DNA of 64,000 bases, taken from IMG/VR virus record IMGVR_UViG_643692018_000001, positions 30,684-94,683 of that record; one strand, written 5' to 3'. Below the pieces are notes generated by a model, which had not been told where the DNA came from, searched no databases, and saw only the letters and a list, made by a program, of their open reading frames with translations. Each line of letters begins with the position of its first letter. Positions within the stretch are counted from its first letter, which is position 1. Positions 18,590 to 26,640 of this stretch are shown here, one piece after another. Origin of the DNA: a virus. Both the position numbers and the translations under genes were made by a program.

Positions 18590-18679
18590 GTGCGTTTCCT
18601 ATTGGTTGGGATTCGTATTGAACCTGCCCCGGCACACTTTTGGGAATGGCAGTTCCCGTGCTTTGTGTGGCGGGTTCTT

Positions 18680-18904
18680 TTATGCGGTGAGTAGTTTGCG
18701 TTCCTGCATTTCTGCTTGTTGGGCTAGGAAGTGCATGAAGTCGTCAGCGTCTTCGATACTGATTCGCCATGCTGGTTTGACTGCGTTGGTGGAAATGTTG
18801 ACGGCTGTGAGGTTTCCGGCGTTGATATGGCCACGGATGAAGTTGGGGCTGAGGTCGTACATTTGGGCCATTGAGGTGACACTCATATAGCGCTTTTCTG
18901 GCAT
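18680..18904 (-). CDS. excisionase/Cro-like HTH protein
   Basis: YMSVTSMAQMYDLSPNFIRGHINAGNL..WRI; divergent from repressor. Confidence 0.75.
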   Translation of the reverse strand: MPEKRYMSVTSMAQMYDLSPNFIRGHINAGNLTAVNISTNAVKPAWRISIEDADDFMHFLAQQAEMQERKLLTA

Positions 18905-18940
18905 TTTGTATCCTTTGGCAGTTGGTTGGGTGGTGTTACA

Positions 18941-19078
18941 TAGTGCAACTTGGTGCAACTTGGTGCAACACCGTTAATGTTACATGAGGTGACAATCGGG
19001 CGCAACTTTTGTTGCGTCGTACTGTAGTTACGCGCATGTCATTACGCGCAAATGTCACATTGGGTTACATTTGTTGTC
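18941..19078. promoter_or_regulatory. divergent immunity control region
   Basis: Leftward TTGCGC-17-TAACAT; rightward TACATT 7 nt before ATG (leaderless-like); 3x T(A/G)GTGCAAC(T/A) at 18941-18970. Confidence 0.7.
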
Positions 19079-19489
19079 ATGATAAACAGCATTTTTAACC
19101 TCTCGGAATTAGTACGCCTAGAGCGACAGCGGGCCGGAATGAACCAGGCGGAGCTTGCCGAAGCGATGGGCCGCGACCGTAGTTGGGTAGTGCAATTGGA
19201 GCGGGGCCGCCGCTATAACGGCAACCGTTTTGAGACGGAGCCGGAAATGGTGCTAAAGCTCGCGGCGGTGCTCAATATTGACCCTGTGGAGGCGCTGGTG
19301 GCCTCTGGGATTGATAAATCAGAATGGCCCGATTTATCGCATATACGTTCGAAGAGTGCTAATGTTCGAACCGTCGATATAACCACCCTGTCCAACTCGC
19401 AGGCTAAGTTAGTCGAACAGTTAGTCAAAGAATTCAAAGACGGGAACAAGCAGAATGAAAGTGGTAAACAGCCTGGTAGACACCTATGA
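19079..19489 (+). CDS. XRE-family immunity repressor
   Basis: RQRAGMNQAELAEAMGRDRSWVVQLERG HTH. Confidence 0.85.
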   Translation: MINSIFNLSELVRLERQRAGMNQAELAEAMGRDRSWVVQLERGRRYNGNRFETEPEMVLKLAAVLNIDPVEALVASGIDKSEWPDLSHIRSKSANVRTVDITTLSNSQAKLVEQLVKEFKDGNKQNESGKQPGRHL

Positions 19490-19688
19490 CCTCCTAGTAA
19501 TCCCCCAAGCTGGCATTACCCAACCAGCACCACACCTAACCCCCACCCAAGCCCAACATGCCACAAAGGCATGGCGCGACTACGGCACCGAAACTAACCT
19601 ATCGTTCGAACATACATGGACAGTCGCCGTAGCCCACATCATAGATGGTGACCTAAAAATCACCACCACAATGCTAATCCCCGCTTAG
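19455..19688 (+). CDS. small protein downstream of repressor
   Basis: 77 aa ORF filling gap to integrase stop. Confidence 0.4.
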   Translation: MKVVNSLVDTYDLLVIPQAGITQPAPHLTPTQAQHATKAWRDYGTETNLSFEHTWTVAVAHIIDGDLKITTTMLIPA

Positions 19689-20869
19689 TCCAACTTCTCT
19701 AGCGCGTCGCGCATCGCATCCTCAGACGAATGCAGATAATGCCGCGTAGACAAAAGCGTTGAGTGCCCAGCAAACTGCCTAATCAACTCCGCATCCACAC
19801 CCGCATCCAGCAGATGCGAAATCACCGTATGGCGCGCCGTATGAAGCACCATCCTGCGCACCCCAGCACGCTCACACAGCTCATACCATGCCGCATCATC
19901 CACCTTGTTCAGAATGGGCTTACCCTCATCGTGGAAAACCAATCCTGATTCCTGCCCCTGGTGCAGCTCCACCATCGCGGCATGAAACACGTTCGACATA
20001 GGCAGCACACGTGATGACCGCGCCGTCTTCGGACGAACAAACCACAGTCCCTTGTGACACGGGCGATGCTCATACCCTGGTGCTACATCCGGGCGGCGCT
20101 TAGGGCACCTCGCCGCCGTGACCTTACTGCCGCATTCGCAGCCCTCGCCATGTACCCATGGGATGCGCTGCACCTGCCATGACAAATCGACTAGGCCACG
20201 GTCGAGGTCTACCCTGTCCCACTCCAGCCCCAAGCATTCGCCTTGACGTACAGCCATTGTCAGCGCTAGTGCCCACCTGGCGCGCATCATGGGGCTGTCC
20301 CCCGCCATGGTGGTGAGAATGGCCTTAGCCTCCGCCTTTGAGTAGGCCTCACGCGGCACGCTGTTGGCTTTGGGCCTGTCCATGCGGTCACACGGGTTTA
20401 CGGTGATTTTACCCTCATGTACCGCGTCTTTCAGGCACTTAGACAGCGTGGCGTGGACAGCCTGTATCGTGCGGTCGCTGGCACCACCTTGCCGCATCTT
20501 CTTGTGTAGGTGGCGCACGTGCTCTGGGGTGAGCTGGTCGATGCGATTGCGCCCGATGTGAGGGATGTGGTTTCTCCCATAGGAGCGATAGTTATCTAGG
20601 ACGCGGGGCCGCACCCTGTGATAGGCGATATTGTCACACCAATAGGCCCACCACTCATTAAGGGTGGGTGTAGTTCCGGCCTGGTATGTGCCATCCTCTA
20701 GCTCTTTGAGCTTGGCTTTGACCTTGGCGGCTAGACGCTGCTTAGTCTTCGCGGTGACACGCACCCGCCAGCGGTTGCCGTTAGGCCTATGGCCTAGGTC
20801 GATGATGCGGTAGTAGACCTCTTTCTTCTTATCGAAGTTGAGGTCTCCGATGTTTCTGACTTGGGGCAT
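19685..20869 (-). CDS. int: tyrosine integrase
   Basis: AVRQGECLGL (R), KT, LHTARH, AGHS, HY catalytic residues. Confidence 0.95.
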   Translation of the reverse strand: MPQVRNIGDLNFDKKKEVYYRIIDLGHRPNGNRWRVRVTAKTKQRLAAKVKAKLKELEDGTYQAGTTPTLNEWWAYWCDNIAYHRVRPRVLDNYRSYGRNHIPHIGRNRIDQLTPEHVRHLHKKMRQGGASDRTIQAVHATLSKCLKDAVHEGKITVNPCDRMDRPKANSVPREAYSKAEAKAILTTMAGDSPMMRARWALALTMAVRQGECLGLEWDRVDLDRGLVDLSWQVQRIPWVHGEGCECGSKVTAARCPKRRPDVAPGYEHRPCHKGLWFVRPKTARSSRVLPMSNVFHAAMVELHQGQESGLVFHDEGKPILNKVDDAAWYELCERAGVRRMVLHTARHTVISHLLDAGVDAELIRQFAGHSTLLSTRHYLHSSEDAMRDALEKLD

Positions 20870-21029
20870 GAGTGTGTTTCCCTTTCACTCTGTCCGCTGG
20901 TTCTAGTAGAACCAAAAGTAGAACCATGACCATGTTTGATGGTGTTAAACTGTGGTACAGGGTAACATTTTGGGCTTTCCAGCGACCTGCGTAAATAGCT
21001 ACAAATGTTGCATGATACAACATTTTTAC

Positions 21030-21078
21030 TCAGCCTTCCAAGCTGAAGACGCGGGTTCGATTCCCGTCATTCCCTCCA
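21030..21078 (+). other. att core: 3' part of tRNA-Gly(TCC)
   Basis: TCAGC-CTTCCAA-GCTGA anticodon arm, GCGGG-TTCGATT-CCCGT T arm, ends TCCA; no 5' acceptor strand or D arm upstream. Confidence 0.85.
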
Positions 21079-21081
21079 CGC

Positions 21082-21126
21082 AAAATAGCCCCACCACCTG
21101 CACAAATAGAGGGTGGGGCTATTTTT
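21082..21126. terminator. bidirectional terminator
   Basis: AAAATAGCCCCACC / GGTGGGGCTATTTT 14-bp inverted repeat. Confidence 0.8.
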
Positions 21127-21175
21127 GTACCGGCCTGTACCGGTAGCCGTGGTAGCTGACAAGGTAGCTAGCCGC

Positions 21176-21622
21176 TCACCTTACCCAGCGCTGCACCGTC
21201 GATGGGGTGCGCCCGCACATTTTCGCAACTTGATAGGCGCTCACATCGTAGGACATGGCATCCTGCACCCACTCAGAGCGGGCATCTTTCAGCTCTGCGG
21301 TAATCGTCTCTAGCTCGCGGATTTGGTCATCTGCCCATTTGATTTGCGCCATGTACACGGCCTCGTTGTACCCATCTTTCCCAGCACGCGCCATCTCTAG
21401 CGGCTTCGCAAACAGGGTTTCCACCCAGGCACGCTGGCCGGGGGCAAGCTCTCCCGTGGCCTTTTCGTAATCGTCTTCCGACGCGGCCAGGCCCTTACGG
21501 GCGGATTCGAGGGCGACCCGGTTGCCGGTCGTGCGCTCGGCTCTGACCGTCTTGGTGGCCATGCCAATGAGTGTGATTTTCGTGCCGATGCGGTTGAGTG
21601 TGTCGGGGCTAATGATTTGCAT
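21176..21622 (-). CDS. protein with C-terminal HTH
   Basis: VSAYQVAKMCGRTPSTVQRWVR. Confidence 0.7.
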   Translation of the reverse strand: MQIISPDTLNRIGTKITLIGMATKTVRAERTTGNRVALESARKGLAASEDDYEKATGELAPGQRAWVETLFAKPLEMARAGKDGYNEAVYMAQIKWADDQIRELETITAELKDARSEWVQDAMSYDVSAYQVAKMCGRTPSTVQRWVR

Positions 21623-21637
21623 GGGTGGGGTTCCTTT

Positions 21638-22105
21638 CTAGTTGTCGCCTTTGAGGGCGGAGATGTAGGTGGATGCGTCGCGGCGGGTCATGTTGGCGAC
21701 TTCTTTGAGGGTGGTGGGGCCAGCGCTGAACCAGGTGGTGTTCTGGCCGCCGTGCTGTGCGAGCAGGCTCATGATGTAGTCCACCTGGCGGTCGGTGGCG
21801 AGTGGGCCGCGTGTCTCTTCTTTTTCTGCTACCTCTTCATTGGTGGTCTTAACTTCTGCTTGCGCTTCGGCTTCGCGCTTGGCGGCGAGTTCGGCGCGCA
21901 GCTTTTCAAGTTCAGCCTGTCGCTTGTCGCAGAGCGTGATGGCTTTCTCGACGGATTCAACGTTGCGGAATTCTTCACGCCCGGTGTTGCGGCTGACCAC
22001 TGCGGTTTCGTAGACGCGCTTACCGTTGACGAATCCGGTTTGGGTGACCACCTGGTAGTCCTCGGTGGTGTAGTGGGTTTCGTGGGTGCGCATCTGGCGT
22101 GCCAT
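21638..22105 (-). CDS. phage accessory protein
   Basis: AAAGGA SD; ATDRQVDYIMSL...MTRRDASTYISAL C-terminal module. Confidence 0.7.
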   Translation of the reverse strand: MARQMRTHETHYTTEDYQVVTQTGFVNGKRVYETAVVSRNTGREEFRNVESVEKAITLCDKRQAELEKLRAELAAKREAEAQAEVKTTNEEVAEKEETRGPLATDRQVDYIMSLLAQHGGQNTTWFSAGPTTLKEVANMTRRDASTYISALKGDN

Positions 22106-22145
22106 GGTGGGTTCCTTTGCTTTGCTGTTCCTTGCTTACATACCC

Positions 22146-22174
22146 ATTATGACGCACCGCGTACTAATACGCAA
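22146..22174 (-). promoter_or_regulatory. promoter TTGCGT-17-CATAAT
   Basis: Direct reading; followed by GTAAGCAAG, as at the 54636 and 57192 promoters. Confidence 0.7.
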
Positions 22175-22266
22175 GACGTACTAAAATAGGGGGTATAAAA
22201 CGGGGGTAGCGCGGGCCACAGGCAGTCTGCCGTTGCGCGGCGGAAGCGCATGAAGTAGGCTCATGT

Positions 22267-22412
22267 GTGCTCCCCGCATTTGCGGGGGTGAGCCGTTGTC
22301 GATGTTCAATACATCGCACTGTAGCTCTATTTCCCTGTGTTAGCAGGGGTGAGCCGTTGCTGATGCTCAACACGTCATGCAGATTGCTCTTATTCCCCGC
22401 GTTAGCGGGGAT
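22267..22412 (+). CRISPR. type I-E-like CRISPR mini-array (3 degenerate repeats, 2 spacers)
   Basis: 29-nt repeats GTGCTCCCCGCATTTGCGGGGGTGAGCCG, TATTTCCCTGTGTTAGCAGGGGTGAGCCG, partial TTATTCCCCGCGTTAGCGGGGAT; spacers 32 and 33 nt. Confidence 0.75.
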
Positions 22413-22431
22413 TTTTTAATGCCTAAAACGC

Positions 22432-22465
22432 AGAAAATGACCCCACCCGCGTGGGGTGAGGGTCA
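22432..22465 (-). terminator. terminator after lysis module
   Basis: TGACCCTCACCC..GGGTGGGGTCA hairpin then TTTT. Confidence 0.55.
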
Positions 22466-22487
22466 AAATTCAAAGGCTTTCACAAGC

Positions 22488-22910
22488 CTAGTCAGCGCCG
22501 GGATACGTCGAAAGCTTCCACTCTGGGTACGTCATCATCGGCGGCGGCGGGAGGGTAATGTCACGCTCCACGGCCCAGAATTGGAGCTTGCGCCAGTACC
22601 CAGCAACATAAAGCTGGTACTCGTGGTGCGACTTGTCCTTGGCGCGTAGCTCCCCCACCTCCTCGTCGAGGCGCTGAATCGTCTCCTCCATACGGTCAAG
22701 ACGGCGCGCATCACTGGCCTCATCGGCGGCGATTGCGGCCTGCTTGTGCCTGGTGAGCGCCTTGGAGGCTGCGCCTATGATGCCGCCGTAATTCTCTGCT
22801 GCCTTGGAGAATAGGCCACTCACGAAGGCGAGGATAATCGCGATGGAGAGGAAGAAACCCAACGGGTTCTTGGAGCCGGATAGGAATGTGAGTATTTCGT
22901 CAATCTGCAC
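22488..22910 (-). CDS. lysis-module membrane protein with coiled coil
   Basis: N-terminal TM segment, coiled coil. Confidence 0.65.
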   Translation of the reverse strand: MQIDEILTFLSGSKNPLGFFLSIAIILAFVSGLFSKAAENYGGIIGAASKALTRHKQAAIAADEASDARRLDRMEETIQRLDEEVGELRAKDKSHHEYQLYVAGYWRKLQFWAVERDITLPPPPMMTYPEWKLSTYPGAD

Positions 22911-23310
22911 TATGCTCCTTCCGGTTTTTAGCGACTGCCATGCGGACGGTTAAGGCCCAGGCGATGACTCCCCAGATGAACGCGGCACTGAGGTACAGGG
23001 TGAGATAGCGCCAGTCGTCTATCGTGTCGTCCGCGTAGACGTTGTCCACGACCATGAGGGCGAAGGCGATGTAGATAGCCGCCGACAGCATTGCGCCCGA
23101 GCGCACGACGTTATCCCGCTTGGTGACCAGCCCCGCCGTGATGACCAGGGCGGCGACGACACACGCCAGCCCCCAGGCGAAGGCGGGGCCAATACTGTCT
23201 ATCTCGAAGACACCGGTGCCGGGCCTGCTGTCACCGAAGAGGTAGTCGAGGCCGCGTGACGCCTCTTGGAAGGCGAGCGCGGCGATAATAAGCCGTAGGG
23301 TGCGGGTCAC
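22900..23310 (-). CDS. 4-TM lysis-module membrane protein
   Basis: GTG start (VTRTLRL); four hydrophobic helices. Confidence 0.65.
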   Translation of the reverse strand: MTRTLRLIIAALAFQEASRGLDYLFGDSRPGTGVFEIDSIGPAFAWGLACVVAALVITAGLVTKRDNVVRSGAMLSAAIYIAFALMVVDNVYADDTIDDWRYLTLYLSAAFIWGVIAWALTVRMAVAKNRKEHSAD

Positions 23311-23312
23311 GG

Positions 23313-23678
23313 CTACTCCGCCGCTGTGGTCGGCCCTGTGTACACCGGCAGGGTGGGCGGTGCCTGCTCCGCTTGGGTGGCCTCCGCCTGCTCCGCCAAT
23401 CGCGGCGCCATGGACGGGGTGACACCATCGACGGTGAGGCGGTTGACGAGTGTGGTGACGAAGAAACCGATACCACCTACGAGAAGTGCCGTCCATTCCG
23501 GGGCGTCCGCCAAGTACACGGGGGCAACACCCGCCACCCACGCCAGTGCTTGCAGCACGAGCATGATGGTGCCTTTGTAGCGTAGCCACCACGGCTGCGC
23601 CACCAGCTCAGCGGCAACGGCCTCCGCAACCTGCTCCCCCACCGTCGTGAAGATTGGGTTCTTGTAATGCTTTCCCAT
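23313..23678 (-). CDS. holin
   Basis: Two TM helices immediately after endolysin. Confidence 0.7.
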   Translation of the reverse strand: MGKHYKNPIFTTVGEQVAEAVAAELVAQPWWLRYKGTIMLVLQALAWVAGVAPVYLADAPEWTALLVGGIGFFVTTLVNRLTVDGVTPSMAPRLAEQAEATQAEQAPPTLPVYTGPTTAAE

Positions 23679-24497
23679 TTACTTCTTCCTCCGCTTCAAT
23701 TCGTCTAGGTCTGCCTGAATCTGCGCGAGCTGGCAGCGGATTGCTGCAAGTGCATCAACCGGGGTGAGGTTGCGGCCTTGGCTATCCTGCCCTAATTGAG
23801 GCCAACCCTTACCCGACGGGCCACGCAATTGCCGCCAGATTTCCTGAATCGCATCAAACTGTGGGGTGAAAAACCCACTAATGAATGCGCGGGTGTGCGC
23901 GTTTACTTGTTCTACAGCGTTCATGGTGACGCTACTCCCTCCAGTGTTCTTGGCCGGTTGCTTTGGTGTAGTCTTGCCGGTCATTTGGTCGTACCAGTGC
24001 TGAGCGCGACGAATATACGCATCGTGGTACTTATGGCCGGGGCGTAGGTGATACGGGCACGCGGTGGAACCACCAGACTCCGCACTGTGGAACCTGACGT
24101 TCTTACCGGACACGGGCCTGCCTAGTTTGTAGTAGCGACACAGAGCGGCTACTAGGTGCGCGCCTGCCTCGCGGGTGGCTTCACTGATAGGCCAATCCTG
24201 GTCAGGTCCACCACTATTAGAGTGCTCGATACTGATGGAGCGCTGGTTTGAGTACAAGTTCGCGTTCGACCATGCGGTGTCGGAATCGTTGACGGCTTGG
24301 CCAATCATCCCGGTTGGGGAGATGGCGTAGTGGGCACTAGCGGCCCGGTCTTGCCAGACTCTTACGCAGTCGTCAATGTCGCCAATCATGGCCATGTGGT
24401 GCAGAGTAACGAACTCGATTTTCGCCCCGCCCCTGCCTGGTGTGTAGTGCTTTCTGAGCAGGTTGTATTTATCCGGCTCGACGTTCATCCAATCCAT
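23679..24497 (-). CDS. endolysin, N-acetylmuramoyl-L-alanine amidase
   Basis: VTLHH, ASAHY, SISIEH, STACP; C-terminal QLRGPSGKGWPQLG. Confidence 0.9.
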   Translation of the reverse strand: MDWMNVEPDKYNLLRKHYTPGRGGAKIEFVTLHHMAMIGDIDDCVRVWQDRAASAHYAISPTGMIGQAVNDSDTAWSNANLYSNQRSISIEHSNSGGPDQDWPISEATREAGAHLVAALCRYYKLGRPVSGKNVRFHSAESGGSTACPYHLRPGHKYHDAYIRRAQHWYDQMTGKTTPKQPAKNTGGSSVTMNAVEQVNAHTRAFISGFFTPQFDAIQEIWRQLRGPSGKGWPQLGQDSQGRNLTPVDALAAIRCQLAQIQADLDELKRRKK

Positions 24498-24550
24498 GGA
24501 TCCCTCCTTTGGGCAAAAATTTAGCGCCCCGTGGGGCGCGGTCGGTTTCT

Positions 24551-25417
24551 TTATGGGTGTACGGTGCTCGGCACTGATGACATCAACCCATCCGCCCCTT
24601 TATCAAGGGCCACCCGGGCCTGCGACGCGGAGGTGATGATGTGCGCAATCGTCGGCTTACCTGCCGCTTTCAGCCGGTCCCAGCCTGCCTGTGTGGCGTT
24701 CCATTCCAGGCCGAGGATGTCCCAGCGTGACAGGTCCGCTGCGTCTAGCTCGTTCTCGTACACCATGCACATGACGGTGTAGCCCCTAGCTTTGGCGCGC
24801 TCGGCGCTATCAGAGCCAGAGAAAAGCTTCCAGATGACACGCTCAGTAGGGTCGTCGAAAAGCTCCTCTAGCTTCTTAAAGAGCGCTTCCTCCGAGGCTA
24901 GGTCGTCCGGGTTCGTGTTAATGCCCGCCGAGGTGGTCTTGTGGTCCAGGGCCAGCACCGTCCCCTCCGGCATCATCTCTACGACCTCTTCTAGCCGCAT
25001 AAACGGCCCGGTCTCCTGCTTTAAGGTTTTGATAGTGGCCCAGTCGGTGTTCCAGATTTCGTGCTTTACGCCGGTAGTGCGCTTCGTAGTCCAGTCATGC
25101 GAGCCGATGTACACGCCGTCCTTGGTGCGGTAGGTGGAGAACTCGTAGCAGCGGAACCCGGCATCAATCGACGCTTGTAGGCCTACCTTGGTCATCTCTG
25201 GGTATTCGGTGCCGCCGAAGCGGTGCGCCATGTAAAACGGGCGGGTCTTTAGGAAGCCCTTAACACCAGGCTCCGCCACAGGGTTAGGGTTAGGTGTATC
25301 GCCCTGCGAGTCGTCGCCTACCTGACCCAACACCATGGGAATATCCCCGCCCTGGGTACGCCGCCATAATTGCATCTCACGGTCCCCGCCCGGGGTACGC
25401 ATCATGACCTTAAGCAC
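24551..25417 (-). CDS. glycerophosphodiester phosphodiesterase-like protein
   Basis: MAHRFG..YPEMT, RTKDGV..SHD, GADGLMS. Confidence 0.8.
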   Translation of the reverse strand: MLKVMMRTPGGDREMQLWRRTQGGDIPMVLGQVGDDSQGDTPNPNPVAEPGVKGFLKTRPFYMAHRFGGTEYPEMTKVGLQASIDAGFRCYEFSTYRTKDGVYIGSHDWTTKRTTGVKHEIWNTDWATIKTLKQETGPFMRLEEVVEMMPEGTVLALDHKTTSAGINTNPDDLASEEALFKKLEELFDDPTERVIWKLFSGSDSAERAKARGYTVMCMVYENELDAADLSRWDILGLEWNATQAGWDRLKAAGKPTIAHIITSASQARVALDKGADGLMSSVPSTVHP

Positions 25418-26555
25418 GGCACACCACCTGTACGCCAGACCCGTTCGACGCCTGGGGGTTCGGGTAGGTGACTAGCATGTCGCCAGGCCCGCCCTTCGCC
25501 ACCACAACGGTCTGCGGGTTCGCATCCTGCTCGGTGACGTGAATCTTCTCCCAGCCGGGGGAAATACTAATCTGACCAGCGGTTTCCTGCGCAGTTGTAC
25601 GCTCAAAAGCAAAGCCCAAAATGAGGTCACCGGCCACAGCGGGCGCAGCCGGGGCAGTAACCGTAGTAGGTGTGCCACCCTGCGTACGGTCAGCCACCGC
25701 ACCAGCAGTCACCGTAGACGCCCCACGAACCGCAATAGCAGCCCAGCCAACATCAGCAGGAAGAGCAGACTTCACAGTCAAATCAGTCGTGTAGTCACCC
25801 TCAATAATCCAGGATTGCTGTGTACCTACCCAGTAGCCGTTAACGGGCTGCGTAAACCCAGCCGGGGGTGTCATAGACATACCAGACTTACCCTGCGAGT
25901 TAATCGCAATAATGATCTTGTCGCCCGGCTTCGCACCGGAAATCTTCGGCACAATAGACGACACGCCGGAAGAGTTACCAGAAGCAACGCCCACAATCGT
26001 AATATCGGTCGGGAGCGGCTCAGGCGCCGATGGTATACCCCCGCCGGGGTTAGGCGACGGATTCGGCGGAACCCCGCCGGGCACACCAGCGGCACGTATA
26101 GCGTACAAAGTGCCGATAGGTAGCCTAGCCGCCTCAGCGGAGCTAGCCACCACCGTAATACCAGCAGGACCGGCAGGGCCGGAGTCACCCTTAGGCCCCG
26201 TGTCACCCTTAGGCCCCGGATTACCCTTAGGACCCCTCAACGAGGGCGACGTCTTACCCCCAACCGTCAGCCGGTCTCCCTCCCACGAGGTAGACTCCGC
26301 CACCTTCGCGACCCTATCCGCATCAGCCCTAGCAGCCGACGCCGACCTAATAGCCGCCTCCTCAGCCCGCTTAGCCACCGAAAGCTTATCCGCCGCGGAG
26401 TTAAACAACCCCTCAATATCCCCGTCGTACCCGGTAGGGATTGGCAGGTGGAGCATATTTACCCCATCCAGCTCAATCATCGCCCTACCGGTGCGGACGA
26501 TATCGTCATCGTCAACAAACCTCGCGGTTACCTTAGCGCTGAATTCTTCCTGCAC
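25410..26555 (-). CDS. collagen-like tail fibre/receptor-binding protein
   Basis: GPKGNPGPKGDTGPKGDSGPAGPAG; beta-rich C-terminus. Confidence 0.75.
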   Translation of the reverse strand: MQEEFSAKVTARFVDDDDIVRTGRAMIELDGVNMLHLPIPTGYDGDIEGLFNSAADKLSVAKRAEEAAIRSASAARADADRVAKVAESTSWEGDRLTVGGKTSPSLRGPKGNPGPKGDTGPKGDSGPAGPAGITVVASSAEAARLPIGTLYAIRAAGVPGGVPPNPSPNPGGGIPSAPEPLPTDITIVGVASGNSSGVSSIVPKISGAKPGDKIIIAINSQGKSGMSMTPPAGFTQPVNGYWVGTQQSWIIEGDYTTDLTVKSALPADVGWAAIAVRGASTVTAGAVADRTQGGTPTTVTAPAAPAVAGDLILGFAFERTTAQETAGQISISPGWEKIHVTEQDANPQTVVVAKGGPGDMLVTYPNPQASNGSGVQVVCRA

Positions 26556-26640
26556 CCCGTCACCTCCGCCGCTTTAATTGTGCTCATGAGGGCAGTGTGA
26601 GGGAGGGGTGAATGCGGTCGGAATTAGGAAGGCGGAGCGC

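Larger units (their letters stand above)
1..21078 (-). mobile_element. Prophage 1, early/replication/integration end (continues left of window)
   Basis: Dense co-oriented phage genes ending in Xis-like, repressor, tyrosine integrase and tRNA-derived att core. Confidence 0.9.

Noticed and set aside
18941..18970. 10-bp tandem repeat as CRISPR or VNTR
   Set aside because: No spacers; position fits operator sites
21000..21078. Complete tRNA-Gly gene
   Set aside because: No 5' acceptor strand (would be GGGAATG) or D arm upstream; treated as att core
26160..26235. CCTTAGG-type short repeats
   Set aside because: Explained by collagen GPKG codons
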